A stretch of DNA of 64,000 nucleotides, from positions 47-64,046 of the forward strand of contig JAQAZP010000027.1 of NCBI GenBank assembly GCA_032127265.1, read 5' to 3'. Below the pieces are notes generated by a model. The model made no database searches. It saw only the letters and a list, made by a program, of their open reading frames with translations, and was not told the DNA's origin. The DNA is from Acidobacteriota bacterium. Lineage in GTDB: Bacteria; Acidobacteriota; JAQAZP01. Numbering within the stretch: position 1 is the first letter of the stretch; the number at the start of each line of letters is the position of its first letter. The translations under genes and the position numbers were made by a program. Below, one piece after another: positions 1-10,086 of the stretch.

Positions 1-1444
1 CTACTCCCGGCGGGCCGTGCTGGAATCGGTGATCGACCTCTGCCGGTCGGTGCGGGAAAAGAATCCGGAAATCTTTCTCAACGTCACCTCGGGCACCTGG
101 CTCAGCCCCTGGTGGACCCGCTACGCCGACACCATCTGGATGCAGGGCTACGACTATGGCTACTCCGACGTGCCCTCGATCAGCCGCCGCGATGCGGCCA
201 TCACCTACCGCGACTACGTGCTGCACGACGGCCTGGTGAAAAACGATTTCTGGTTTCCCATCGCCAACCTCATGACCCACGGCATCATCAAGGGCGACCT
301 GCAGAAACTGGGGGGTGAAGCCGAACCGCTGGACAAGTTCACCGACAACGCCCTGCTTTACGTCGCCCGTGGCGTGGCGATGTATGAACTCTACGTTTCG
401 CCCGACCTGCTCAGTGAAGGGGAGTGGGCGGCCATTGCCAAGTCGATCCTCTGGGCCAGGGACCGCTTCCCGATCCTCGATTCAACGGTGATGATCGGCG
501 GTGACCCCGGAAAGCGCGAGGCTTACGGCTACGCCCACTTCGAGGGGCAGCGCGGCATCCTCGCTATTCGTAACCCCTTTGCCGAAACACAGACCCTCGA
601 GGTGACGATTTCGCCGGCGCTGGGGCTGGATGCCGAGGCGAAGGACCTGGTGCTGGACCGGGTCTACCCCACCCGGCTGATCCAGCCGGCGCTATACCAG
701 AGCGGGCTGACCCTGCTCCTGGAACTGCAGGGATATGAAACAGCGGTCTACGAACTCTACCCCCTTTCCGAAGCGGCCGGCCCCCTGCTGGCCGGTGTGA
801 TCCACGAGGTGGCGGAGCAGACTGACCAGCGGCTGAGCCTGCGCTGCCTCGATTCGGCCGCCGGGGTTCTGCTCAACCCCGATACGGTCAGCGCGGTGAT
901 CCAGGACGGTAAGCAGAAAGACCCTGCCGCGTTTCGCCTCCCCCTCCTGGAGCACCCCTCGAAGGAGGGATATTTTGGAGCAGAAGTGGAAGGCGGCCCG
1001 GAGACCTGGGAGGTGGTGTGGGACTTCAGGGAGGTGGAATGGGACTTTCAGGAGGGTGCCGATATTGTCGGTTTCACCCTGGCCCTGCTCTGGGAGCCGG
1101 AGGAAGGTGTGGGGCCCGTTGAATCCGGCCCGGTGGTCACCGCCATCGTGGATGGAGAGCCGGCAGAGCTGACCGTGGAAGAGCAGGCCGGTCGCTGGGC
1201 ATGGCACACACTCGAGCTGGATGGTGAGTGCTCCCAGGTGAAATTCCGTCTCGGCCCCGGGGAGAACGGTGCCCCGGTGACCGGGAAAGTACTGTCCTGC
1301 TTTCACCTCGGTTACCGTCCGGAAGGACGGGAAATAATTTTGCTGCTCAAAGAACCGGCGGCAAACCGGCCCATGCCGCCCGGTCCCCGGCCTGCCGGTG
1401 AACTATGGTCGTGGAGAAATCTGGGCTGGCAATACCTGCGCTGA
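1..1444 (+). CDS. Glycoside-hydrolase-like protein, 5'-partial (the ORF is open to the window edge)
   Basis: ORF 17..1444 continues without a stop back to position 2. Protein-like composition with a TIM-barrel-hydrolase-like segment (NVTSGTWLSPWW..., GYDYGYSD). Family assigned only by vague resemblance. Confidence 0.3.
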   Translation, partial: YSRRAVLESVIDLCRSVREKNPEIFLNVTSGTWLSPWWTRYADTIWMQGYDYGYSDVPSISRRDAAITYRDYVLHDGLVKNDFWFPIANLMTHGIIKGDLQKLGGEAEPLDKFTDNALLYVARGVAMYELYVSPDLLSEGEWAAIAKSILWARDRFPILDSTVMIGGDPGKREAYGYAHFEGQRGILAIRNPFAETQTLEVTISPALGLDAEAKDLVLDRVYPTRLIQPALYQSGLTLLLELQGYETAVYELYPLSEAAGPLLAGVIHEVAEQTDQRLSLRCLDSAAGVLLNPDTVSAVIQDGKQKDPAAFRLPLLEHPSKEGYFGAEVEGGPETWEVVWDFREVEWDFQEGADIVGFTLALLWEPEEGVGPVESGPVVTAIVDGEPAELTVEEQAGRWAWHTLELDGECSQVKFRLGPGENGAPVTGKVLSCFHLGYRPEGREIILLLKEPAANRPMPPGPRPAGELWSWRNLGWQYLR

Positions 1445-1509
1445 TACCTGGCGGTGGCAAAAGTTCGTTTTTGACTTCCCGCGGGGGTTCACCTATATTT
1501 TCCAATAAC

Positions 1510-3138
1510 ATGTCTTGTCTATGGCCTTTCACAGTAGCGGTCTGCCCGGATGCCGACTCCAGCCGGGGAAGCGGCGTCAAGAGGGGACGACCGTACCCCG
1601 GGCCCTCCTGGTGCCGGAACCTGACGCTGGGCCTGCTGCTGCTGTCCTGTCTGCCCCTTGCCGGTTGCCGGCCGCCGGCGGAAGAGGACGCCGGCCCGTC
1701 CGGCCCGGTGGCTGATCTCGAAGAAATCAAGGCCCGGGGCAAGCTGGTGGCCGCCACCGGTTACGGGGCCACCAGCTACTTCATCTACAAGGGCCGTCCC
1801 ATGGGCTTCGAGTACGAACTGCTGGAGCGCCTGGCCCGCCACCTCAACGTGGACCTGGAAATCCTCATCCTGCATGACATGGACCGGATGTTCGAGATTC
1901 TCGACAGCGGCGAGGCGGATATCATCGGTCTGGGCCTCACCGTGACCAAGGCCCGGGCGGAGAAGATCTCCTTCACTACCCACCACGTCGAAATCCGGCA
2001 GGTGCTGGTGCAGCGCAAGCCGGCCAACTGGCACCAACTGAAACTGCACGTCATCGACGACACCCTGGTGCGCAGCCCGGTGCAGTTGCTGGGCAAACAG
2101 GTGCATGTCTGGGGCGGATCCTCCTATCACGCACGTCTGGAGAACCTCGCCGAGGAACTTGGCGGCGACATCGATATCGTGGATGTGCCGGGCAGCCTCT
2201 CCACCGAGGACCTGATCGGCATGGTGGCCGACGGCGACATCGACTACACGGTGGCCGACGAAAACATCGCCCTCATTGCCCAGGCCCACCATTCCAACAT
2301 CGACGTGCGCACGGCGGTGAGCCTGCCCCAGCGGATCGCCTGGGCGGTTCGCCAGCGGTCGCCGCAGCTTTTGTCGGCGGTGAACCTCTGGATGGAGGAG
2401 GAGAAGAAGCGCGAGGACTTCAATGTCATCTACAACAAGTACTACCGCAACCGGTCCGCCTACCGGGCCAGGGCGGAGAGCCCCTACTACTCGGTGGCCG
2501 GGGACAAGATTTCCCCCTGGGATGACCTGATCCAGGCCCGGGCGGACGACATCGGCTGGGATTGGCGACTGCTGACCTCGCTGGTCTACCAGGAGTCCCG
2601 CTTCGACCCCAACGAGCAGTCCTGGGCCGGGGCGGTGGGCCTGATGCAGCTGCTTCCGGAAACCGCCGCCCGGTTTGGCATCCACAATCTGTACGATCCC
2701 GAATCAAACATCGAGGCCGGTACGCGCTACATCGCCTGGCTGGAGGAGATATGGGGGGAACTGATCCCGGAATCAGGTGAACGGGTCAAGTTCATCCTGG
2801 CCTCGTACAACGCCGGTACGGGTCACGTGCTGGACGCCCGGCGGCTGGCCTTGAAATACGGCCATGATCCAAGCCTGTGGGATGGGCACACGGCCAAGTT
2901 CCTGCTTCGGAAATCACAACGAAAGTATTTCATCGATCCCGCGGTTCAGCATGGATACTGTCGCGGTCAGGAGCCGTATGACTACGTGGTGGAGGTCCTC
3001 GAACGCTACGAGCATTACAAGCGGCTCTGGCCGGCCCGGCCCGGCGCCGCCGACGGGGTGCTGGGGGTGACGCTGCCGGTGCTTCCCGACCCGCTGACCA
3101 CCACCATTCCCGAAACAGCCGGCGGCACTGTAGAATGA
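1510..3138 (+). CDS. mltF: Membrane-bound lytic murein transglycosylase F-like lipoprotein (periplasmic solute-binding domain plus SLT domain)
   Basis: N-terminal basic region followed by hydrophobic LLLLSCLPLAGC lipobox. SBP_bac_3-like segment (GKLVAATGYGATSYFIYKG...EADIIGLGLTVT). C-terminal SLT motif (LMQLLPETAARFG...ASYNAGTGHV). Start chosen at the ATG at 1510 inside ORF 1405..3138. Confidence 0.7.
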   Translation: MSCLWPFTVAVCPDADSSRGSGVKRGRPYPGPSWCRNLTLGLLLLSCLPLAGCRPPAEEDAGPSGPVADLEEIKARGKLVAATGYGATSYFIYKGRPMGFEYELLERLARHLNVDLEILILHDMDRMFEILDSGEADIIGLGLTVTKARAEKISFTTHHVEIRQVLVQRKPANWHQLKLHVIDDTLVRSPVQLLGKQVHVWGGSSYHARLENLAEELGGDIDIVDVPGSLSTEDLIGMVADGDIDYTVADENIALIAQAHHSNIDVRTAVSLPQRIAWAVRQRSPQLLSAVNLWMEEEKKREDFNVIYNKYYRNRSAYRARAESPYYSVAGDKISPWDDLIQARADDIGWDWRLLTSLVYQESRFDPNEQSWAGAVGLMQLLPETAARFGIHNLYDPESNIEAGTRYIAWLEEIWGELIPESGERVKFILASYNAGTGHVLDARRLALKYGHDPSLWDGHTAKFLLRKSQRKYFIDPAVQHGYCRGQEPYDYVVEVLERYEHYKRLWPARPGAADGVLGVTLPVLPDPLTTTIPETAGGTVE

Positions 3139-3160
3139 GACGGGCCGGCCGATAAGATCG

Positions 3161-6100
3161 ATGACGTCAGTGCAGCGGATGCAACCCGGAAGCGAAAACA
3201 CCCGGAAGCGTAAACCGATGAATGACAGGGATAAGAACAGGGAACAGTTGCTGGAGGAACTGGGTGAACTGCGCCGCCGGCTCTCCGGGGCCGGGCCGGA
3301 CACCGGGAACACCCGTGACATCACCGACCGCAAAATGGCCGAAGAGGCCCTGCAGAAGAGAGAGACGGTTCTGCGGGCGATCAGTCTCACCGCCCGCAGC
3401 CTGCTCGAGCCCGGTGATCTGGATACGGTTCTGCCGGATATTCTCCGTCTGCTGGGCGAAGCCCAGCAGGTGAGCCGGGTCTGGGTCTTCACGGTCCGGC
3501 CCGGGCCCGGCGAAGAGGTCTTTGCCCGGCTCACCCACCAGTGGTGCGCCGTGGACAGAGAATTGCTTATGGACAAGCCCGAGTTCGAGGAGTTCCCGCA
3601 ACGGGCATCGGGGTACGATCGATGGGTGGATCTGTTTTCGTCCGGGGAGGCGGTTCACGGTCTGGTGGCCGGGTTCCCCAGGTGTGAACGGCCGTTTCTG
3701 GAGCAGCTGGGCATCAAGGCCCTGGCCGCATTCCCGATCAAGGTGGGCGGTGCCTGGTGGGGCGCCATCGGGTTTGACGAGAACGTCAAGGATCGGCCGT
3801 TCAGCCCCACCGAGTTGGATACCCTGGCCACAACGGCCGAGATTCTCGGCGCGGCGATCAACCGCCGGCGCCTGGAAAAGCTCCTCTGGCTCCAGCGGGA
3901 CGTAGCCTACGCCCTGGCCTCGGCCGGGGGTGTGGGGCAGGCCATGGGCCAGGTCCTGGACACCCTGGCCACCTTTGAGTGGGTGGACGCCGCCGGCCTC
4001 TACCTGGCCGACGAGGAGACCGATGTGCTCGAACTGGTGGTCCACCAGGGTGTCGAGCCGGATTTTGTCAAAGAGGCTTCGCCGGTCCGCCCGGGAACGG
4101 CGGAATTCGAGCTGATGACCCTTACCGAACCGCGCTACCTCACCCTGGGCAATCTTCCTCCCACCGAGCCGGTGGCGGCCTTGCAGAAGATCGGGCTCAA
4201 GGTCATGGCCTACCTGCCGGCCTGGTCGGACGGCAAGCTCGCCGCGGTGATTGTGCTGGGATCCAGGCAGTACGAAACCGTCCCCCCGGAAATGATGGAC
4301 AGCCTGGAGATCGTCTCTTCCCAGGTGGGGGATCACATCGCCCGACTGAGGGCCGAGGAGGCGGTCCGGCGGTCGGAAGAATCGTTCCGCAGCCTGGCCG
4401 AACAATCGATCCTCGGCATCGCCCTGTTCCGTGATTTCCATTTTGTCTTTGTCAACGACGCCTTTGCCCGGATCTTTGGCTACCAGACGGAGGACTTGCT
4501 GGCCATGGAGCCGGAGGATATCCGCGGCCACATTCACCTTGAGGACCGGCAGCTGGTTTTTGGGCGGATGGCCGCCCGCCAGGCGGGGGAGGATGTGCCC
4601 CAGCAATACGAGTTCAGGATCATTCGCAAGGATGGTTCCACGGGCTACGTGGAGACGTCGGCCAACCAGGTGATCCACGGCGGCCAAACGGCGGTACAGT
4701 CCATCCTCACCGACATCACGGAAAGAAAAATGGCCGAAAACGCCCTGCGGCAGTCCGAGGAAAAATACCGCACCCTGATCGAGCAGTCAATCCAGGGGAT
4801 TATGGTGATCCAGGACGCGCGAATCATGCTGACCAACGAGGCCTTCGCATCGATGATCGGCTACACCGTGGACGAATTGCTTGAACTGCCGCCAGGGGAG
4901 TTGGCCAGGACAATTTATCCCGAGGATCGGGAAGAGGTCATGAGCCGTTTGCACAACCGGCTGAAAGGTGAGAACGAGCCGCGGCACTACAAGGCCCGGG
5001 CACTGCACAAGGACGGTTGGGCGGTCTGGGTGGACGTGGTGAGTGAAGTCATCGAATATGAGGGCCGGGAAGCCACCCAGGTGCTGACGGTGGACATAAC
5101 CGAGCAGAAGAAGCTGGAGGACCGGATTCTTCAGGCGCACAAAATGGAGGCGGTGGGCCGGCTGGCCGGCGGCGTGGCCCACGACTTCAACAACCTGCTC
5201 ACCGCCATCCGCGGTTTCGGGAAATCCCTGGCCCGCAAGATGGAAGAGCAGAATCCGCTGCGCGAAGAGGTGGACGAGATCTGTTTCGCGGCCGACCGTG
5301 CCGCCTCGCTGACCCGGCAGCTGCTCTCCTTCAGCCGCAAGCAGGTGACCCGGCCCGAACTGATCCAGCTCAACCAGGTGGTGTTTGACATGGAAGGCCT
5401 GCTGCGCCGCCTGATCGGCAAGCGCATCGAGGTGGTGACCAGGTTGGGCAAGGGCATGGGCCTGGTCCGGGCAGACCGCAGCCAGGTTGAGCAGGTCCTG
5501 ATGAACCTGGTGGTCAATGCCCGTGATGCCATGAGCGACGGCGGCCGGCTGGAGATCGAAACAACACCGGTGGAGCTGGACGAGCAGGCCCTGGCCCATG
5601 AACCGGGGGCCCGGCCCGGCCCGTTTGTCCGGCTCTCGGTGACCGACAGCGGGGTGGGACTGAAAGAGAGTGACCTCCCCCATCTCTTCGAGCCGTTTTT
5701 CAGCACCAAGGGGCCGGGCCGGGGTACCGGTCTGGGCCTTTCGGTGGTTTACGGGATCGTAAAGCAGCACCATGGCCTGGTGGAGGTGAACAGTGAACCG
5801 GGCCGGGGCTCCCGCTTCGACATCTACCTGCCGGCGGCTGAGCCGGATGCGGATGAGACGGATACGACCTCGCCTGCTGCGGACATGCTGGAGGGCCGTG
5901 GAGAGATGCTGCTCCTGGTGGAGGACGAAGCGGCGATTCGGAAGCTGGTGCAGGCCACCCTGGAGGAATCGAACTACAAGGTGGTTAGTGCCGGCAGTGC
6001 CGAGGAGGCGTTGGCTATCTTTGAACAGCGGCTGGAGCCCTTCGATCTGCTGCTCAGTGACGTACTCCTCCCCGGGCTCAGCGGTGTCCAGCTGGTGGAG

Positions 6101-6274
6101 GAACTCCGTGACCGGGGGATCGGTATCAATGTGGCGATGATCAGCGGTTTCACCATCGATGAAGATCATCAGCGCTACATCGAAGAGCATCGGATCAGCC
6201 TGCTGCCCAAGCCGTTCAGCGGCGAGGAACTGCTTGCGTTCCTCCGGCCGCTGCTCGAGGACAAGCAGTCATGA
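3161..6274 (+). CDS. Hybrid sensor histidine kinase (GAF, PAS x2, HisKA, HATPase_c, C-terminal receiver)
   Basis: H-box AHDFNNLLTAIRG, N/G boxes (NLVVNARDAM, GTGLGLSVV), two PAS-like blocks, C-terminal REC (LLLVEDEAAIRKL...DLLLSDV). An alternative start at 3218 (MNDRDK, GGAAG upstream) is possible. Confidence 0.8.
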   Translation: MTSVQRMQPGSENTRKRKPMNDRDKNREQLLEELGELRRRLSGAGPDTGNTRDITDRKMAEEALQKRETVLRAISLTARSLLEPGDLDTVLPDILRLLGEAQQVSRVWVFTVRPGPGEEVFARLTHQWCAVDRELLMDKPEFEEFPQRASGYDRWVDLFSSGEAVHGLVAGFPRCERPFLEQLGIKALAAFPIKVGGAWWGAIGFDENVKDRPFSPTELDTLATTAEILGAAINRRRLEKLLWLQRDVAYALASAGGVGQAMGQVLDTLATFEWVDAAGLYLADEETDVLELVVHQGVEPDFVKEASPVRPGTAEFELMTLTEPRYLTLGNLPPTEPVAALQKIGLKVMAYLPAWSDGKLAAVIVLGSRQYETVPPEMMDSLEIVSSQVGDHIARLRAEEAVRRSEESFRSLAEQSILGIALFRDFHFVFVNDAFARIFGYQTEDLLAMEPEDIRGHIHLEDRQLVFGRMAARQAGEDVPQQYEFRIIRKDGSTGYVETSANQVIHGGQTAVQSILTDITERKMAENALRQSEEKYRTLIEQSIQGIMVIQDARIMLTNEAFASMIGYTVDELLELPPGELARTIYPEDREEVMSRLHNRLKGENEPRHYKARALHKDGWAVWVDVVSEVIEYEGREATQVLTVDITEQKKLEDRILQAHKMEAVGRLAGGVAHDFNNLLTAIRGFGKSLARKMEEQNPLREEVDEICFAADRAASLTRQLLSFSRKQVTRPELIQLNQVVFDMEGLLRRLIGKRIEVVTRLGKGMGLVRADRSQVEQVLMNLVVNARDAMSDGGRLEIETTPVELDEQALAHEPGARPGPFVRLSVTDSGVGLKESDLPHLFEPFFSTKGPGRGTGLGLSVVYGIVKQHHGLVEVNSEPGRGSRFDIYLPAAEPDADETDTTSPAADMLEGRGEMLLLVEDEAAIRKLVQATLEESNYKVVSAGSAEEALAIFEQRLEPFDLLLSDVLLPGLSGVQLVEELRDRGIGINVAMISGFTIDEDHQRYIEEHRISLLPKPFSGEELLAFLRPLLEDKQS

Positions 6275-7266
6275 CTTTTGAACCCGCGGACCGGGACCGC
6301 TGGTTGGAAACGGCCCGGGAGTGCGAATACGCCACCTTTTTCCACACTCCCCACTGGCATCGGCTTGGCCTGGCCGCTCTGCCGGGCAGCCGCGAGGCAA
6401 GCCTGGCCGGCAGGCTTCCCGGCGGCGAACGATTCGTTTTCCCGCTGGTCCGGACCGGGAGCCGGTTCGGCGGTCTGTTCCGGATCCTGGTCTCCGGTGT
6501 GGCCGGCTGCTACGGCGGCCCGATTTTCAGCGGGCCGGCCGGGGAGGCCGGTCCGGAGCGCCTGTTGCTGACCGTTGTCCGCCGGATGCATGCCGCTCCG
6601 CTGGAACTGACCGGCAATCCCTTTGCCCCCTTCGAACTGCGCACCGGACAGCTGCGGATTGATTTCACCCAGTTGCTCCCGCTGGAGGGGAGCTGCGACG
6701 AACTGTTCTCCCGCTTCTCTTCCAACCACCGTTCCTCAATACGCAAGGGCAGCAAAATTGGCGTTCGAACGCGGATCGCCTCCACGGACGAGGATTACAT
6801 CTCCTACTACGGCGTGTACGAGAACTCGCTGGAACGCTGGGGGGACCGGGCCACCAGCATTTACTCATCCGGTTTTTTTCGCGAGGTCCGTCAACTGGCG
6901 GTGGAACTGCCGGAGAATGTGAAACTCTTCCTGGCCGAGTACGAGGAGCGGGTGGTGGCCGGGGCCCTGGTCTTCTGCTGGAACCGCCATGCCGTGTACT
7001 GGCACGGTGCCGCGCTCTCCGACTACTTCTCCACCCGTGCCCCCCTGGTGCTGCAGGCGGCAATCATCGAACACCTGCAGGCCGCCGGGTTCGAGCACTA
7101 CGACTTCAATCCCAGCGGCGGGCACGAGGGAGTGGTGCGGTTCAAGGAGGGGTTTGGTGCCGAGCGCCGGGAGTTCGTCCGGTCGGAGATCGCCACCGGG
7201 CTCTACGCCGTGGCCCGGGCATTTAAAAGACGTCAACCGCCACCCGCTGGAGCGGAGCGCCGTTGA
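6271..7266 (+). CDS. FemAB/BioF2-like GNAT-fold acyltransferase
   Basis: Acetyltransf_6/FemAB-like C-terminal block (KLFLAEYEERVVAGALVFCWNRHAVYWHGAA...YDFNPSGGHEGVVRFKEGFGAE). The start ATGA overlaps the kinase stop, suggesting translational coupling. Confidence 0.5.
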   Translation: MTFEPADRDRWLETARECEYATFFHTPHWHRLGLAALPGSREASLAGRLPGGERFVFPLVRTGSRFGGLFRILVSGVAGCYGGPIFSGPAGEAGPERLLLTVVRRMHAAPLELTGNPFAPFELRTGQLRIDFTQLLPLEGSCDELFSRFSSNHRSSIRKGSKIGVRTRIASTDEDYISYYGVYENSLERWGDRATSIYSSGFFREVRQLAVELPENVKLFLAEYEERVVAGALVFCWNRHAVYWHGAALSDYFSTRAPLVLQAAIIEHLQAAGFEHYDFNPSGGHEGVVRFKEGFGAERREFVRSEIATGLYAVARAFKRRQPPPAGAERR

Positions 7267-9883
7267 CCGCGGCGAACCAGTTGACTCCTTCACAGAGCAG
7301 GTCAAGTTCGAGAATGTACCGGCCGGGTTTTGGTGGGCAGCCGATGCGCACCAGCACGTCGGCGGTCTCCCCCGGCCCGAGGGGCGAGGGCAGGGCGGTG
7401 TGCAAACCGTCGTGGACCACCACACGGCCTTCCTGATCCAGCCAGTGATACGAGAGGCGCACCGAGGGCAGGCCTGCCGTAGACCAGGTGGCTATCCCGC
7501 GGTTTTCCAGCGTCACAGTGACCCCGGTTTCGCCTCCTGCGGGAAAGCTGGAAGGAAGTTCGAGGTTGGTGCCGGCAGCCCGGTAGTATTCCTCTTTCTT
7601 CCATTCCGGCCCGCTTCCCGGCAGTGGTTCGGCCAGCGTCACCTGGATTCGCGGGAAGCGGGCCTGGGCCCGCGTGGAGAACCAGTCGACCCCGGGGCAG
7701 ACCAGGTCGGGCTGGAAGAGATACCCACCAGGTGTATCAGGCAGGCGAACGGCCATCTCCAACTCGGTGCTTCCGCCCGAGGCACCGAGATCCTGCAGTG
7801 GGGTGCGCAGGCCGTCCCATACCGCTCGCTCGCCGGTTGCGGCGTCGAACCAGTGGTAGGAGAGCTGCACCGGGTGCTCGTCCCCCTCCCGCCAGCGGTA
7901 TGGTGAATCATTGACCACCCTCACCGGCAGGCTGAACAGGCCGCCGGCTCCTTCCGCGGCCATGCGGTCCGGGGTGTCCTCTTCCAGGGCCACGGACCCG
8001 TGGTAGAACCAGGGGTTGTCCTCCCGCGCCCCGTTGCCCAGGTACTCCACCCGGCAGCCGAGAAAGCGCTTGTCGCGGCTCTCCGGATTCTCCAGGTAGG
8101 GGAGTATCCCGATCCGGGTGCGGAAGGTCAGGGTGTAGAACCAGTATGGTTCGTCACGGAAGGCCAGGGGAACTTTGGTCAGTGTCCCCCGCGGCTGGAA
8201 CAGCCGGAAGTGCGGGTCGCGGTCCGGATTCAATTCGGGGTCTTCCAGGATTGTCGACCCGCAGGCCCAGCCGCCGCTGATCTCCACCTCCGGGTCGGAA
8301 ACGCGGAAGATCATCCTCTCCAGGGGTACCGGCGAGGCGTAGAGCACCCGGGTCGTCGATTCGCCGCGCACCCAGAATCCGGAATCACCGCTATCGAAGT
8401 AGGCCTTGCTGTCCATCAACCGCACGTGGGTTCCCCCGTGCATGTAGACCCTGTAACCCGGGATATAGCGCAAGGTGACCTCGTAGGGCAGCAGGCGAAA
8501 GATCGGGTTGCGGGTGTGGGCCTGCAATGTGGGCCGGTCGGTCACCGCGCCGAAGGGGGTGAAGATCAGCTGGGAGAGGAAGAGGCCGGCCACGGCCCAG
8601 CTGGCGGCCAGCCAGCCGCGCCCCGGCGGCAGGCGGCGGAGGAAGAAGAACGCCGGGTAGGAGAAGACAAAGTAGCGGTTGCCGATGAATCCCCCCCCGC
8701 CCTGCCAGTTGTGGGGCAGCAGGATGAAGAAGAAGAGGGTGTGCCCGGCGATGGCCAGCAGGAGCCAGAGCCGCCACGGGTCGCGCCGGCGCCGTTCGGC
8801 CAGCAGGCCGGCGAGACAGACCAGGCAGGGGAAGAAGTAGACGAAGATGCCGGTGTGCCGGCCCACCAGGAAGTAGATCGAATTGTAGAACAGCTTGCTC
8901 GGGTAGAGGTGGTAAACGGCTTTTCTCCCGGCCAGGCCCCACCCCTGGTATGATCCCGGCTTGCCGCTTTCACTCGACCTGGTCCAGAGTTCTTCGGCCG
9001 GGCGCTGTCCGGGGTAGCCGCTTTGGTGATTGAAGGAGCGGCGGTCGCCGCGGTACGGTGACCAGCCGCCGGCGGCGACGCTGGAAAAACCGTGATAGGC
9101 GCCGGCGGCCAGCAGGACGAAAACCGCGGCCACCAGCAGCTTCCGTATCCCGCCGGGCCGGAGCGGCCGCATCCCGGCCAGCAGCAGCGGCAGAAAGAGA
9201 ATGCTCACCGGTTTCAGCGAGGCGGCCAGGACCAGGAATACGGCGGCCAGGGCGATGCGCCAGAGCGGGTTGGAACTGGTCTTGTCGCCCGCGCCGGTAC
9301 TCATGCCGGTGATCGGGGAGACCGGGGGGAAGGCGAAGTAGCAGCCGCAGAAGACGAGGAAAATGTTGAACACCTCCGGCTGAATCCAGAAGGCATAGGA
9401 AAAGGCGGCGCTGAGCAGGAAGAAGGTCAGGGCAAAGATCAGGGCATGGTTCCGGCTGCTCTCGCTGTCGGCCCCCCGGGCCAGGTAGCGGTAGCCCAGC
9501 CCGGACATGATCAGCAGCAGCAGCAGGTTGAGAAAGACAAACCCCCGGGCGCCCAGCACAAGGTAGAAGGGCACGGCCAGCAGGGGGTACAGATAGGGCT
9601 TGCCGTACCAGACCGTCTTGCCGCCGTCGGTGGTTTTGAGGATCAAGCCTTCGGGCCCGTTGGACCAGTCCTGCCAGGTTCGCTCCAGGTCTTCGGCAGT
9701 GAAGCGCAGGTCGCCGTCCCGGGCCAGGCTATCGGTCATCATGTAGTAGGCGGCTTCGTCGGCGATGAAATATCCGGGAAGCCTGCCCTTGCTGGCCGTG
9801 GCCCCCAGCAGCAGGAGAAAGAGGGAAAGGCAGATAAAGACGGTTTTGCGCAAAAGTCCGGTTCCTCGTCCCGCACCTGTCAT
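7223..9883 (-). CDS. GT-C membrane glycosyltransferase (GT39/PMT-ArnT-like) with a large C-terminal periplasmic domain made of two tandem repeats of about 130 aa
   Basis: Multi-TM N-terminal half with a loop-1 DE motif (GYFIADEAAYYMMTD). The C-terminal approximately 400 aa is non-membrane and carries an internal duplication (VQLSYHWFD...VCPGVDWF and VRLSYHWLD...LCEGVNWF). Start set at the second in-frame ATG (9883), because the upstream 17 codons run through a structured repeat. Confidence 0.6.
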   Translation of the reverse strand: MTGAGRGTGLLRKTVFICLSLFLLLLGATASKGRLPGYFIADEAAYYMMTDSLARDGDLRFTAEDLERTWQDWSNGPEGLILKTTDGGKTVWYGKPYLYPLLAVPFYLVLGARGFVFLNLLLLLIMSGLGYRYLARGADSESSRNHALIFALTFFLLSAAFSYAFWIQPEVFNIFLVFCGCYFAFPPVSPITGMSTGAGDKTSSNPLWRIALAAVFLVLAASLKPVSILFLPLLLAGMRPLRPGGIRKLLVAAVFVLLAAGAYHGFSSVAAGGWSPYRGDRRSFNHQSGYPGQRPAEELWTRSSESGKPGSYQGWGLAGRKAVYHLYPSKLFYNSIYFLVGRHTGIFVYFFPCLVCLAGLLAERRRRDPWRLWLLLAIAGHTLFFFILLPHNWQGGGGFIGNRYFVFSYPAFFFLRRLPPGRGWLAASWAVAGLFLSQLIFTPFGAVTDRPTLQAHTRNPIFRLLPYEVTLRYIPGYRVYMHGGTHVRLMDSKAYFDSGDSGFWVRGESTTRVLYASPVPLERMIFRVSDPEVEISGGWACGSTILEDPELNPDRDPHFRLFQPRGTLTKVPLAFRDEPYWFYTLTFRTRIGILPYLENPESRDKRFLGCRVEYLGNGAREDNPWFYHGSVALEEDTPDRMAAEGAGGLFSLPVRVVNDSPYRWREGDEHPVQLSYHWFDAATGERAVWDGLRTPLQDLGASGGSTELEMAVRLPDTPGGYLFQPDLVCPGVDWFSTRAQARFPRIQVTLAEPLPGSGPEWKKEEYYRAAGTNLELPSSFPAGGETGVTVTLENRGIATWSTAGLPSVRLSYHWLDQEGRVVVHDGLHTALPSPLGPGETADVLVRIGCPPKPGRYILELDLLCEGVNWFAAVNGAPLQRVAVDVF

Positions 9884-9970
9884 TGCGAGGCGCCCGCCTG
9901 GCGGGCGATGAAGCAATCTCCTGCACGTCAACATGGGTCAGGTGGATTGCTTCGCTGCGCTCGCAATGAC
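9880..9970. repeat. Structured intergenic palindromic element (nested hairpins) with the core GAAGCAATCTCCTG
   Basis: Outer perfect 11-bp inverted repeat gtcattgcgag / ctcgcaatgac enclosing two hairpins: gcgcccgcc-tgg-cgggcg, and gaagcaatctcctg-loop-caggtggattgcttcg. The 14-nt arm is identical to an arm of the element at 38028-38075. Confidence 0.4.
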
Positions 9971-10086
9971 GATGGGAATTCTCCATGCCACCGCTTGTTG
10001 TTCCGGAGGTGATGATATCGAACGGCCTTTTATTTGGCAATCGGGTGGTATACCGGACTGGCACATCACTGTGATATGTTTGCGCC

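Noticed and set aside
1519-2685. Long antisense ORFs in the first 6 kb (1519..2685 -, 3167..4687 -, 4787..6190 -)
   Set aside because: Each is opposite a gene with clear domain motifs (MltF SLT domain, histidine-kinase H/N/G boxes) and has no motifs of its own.
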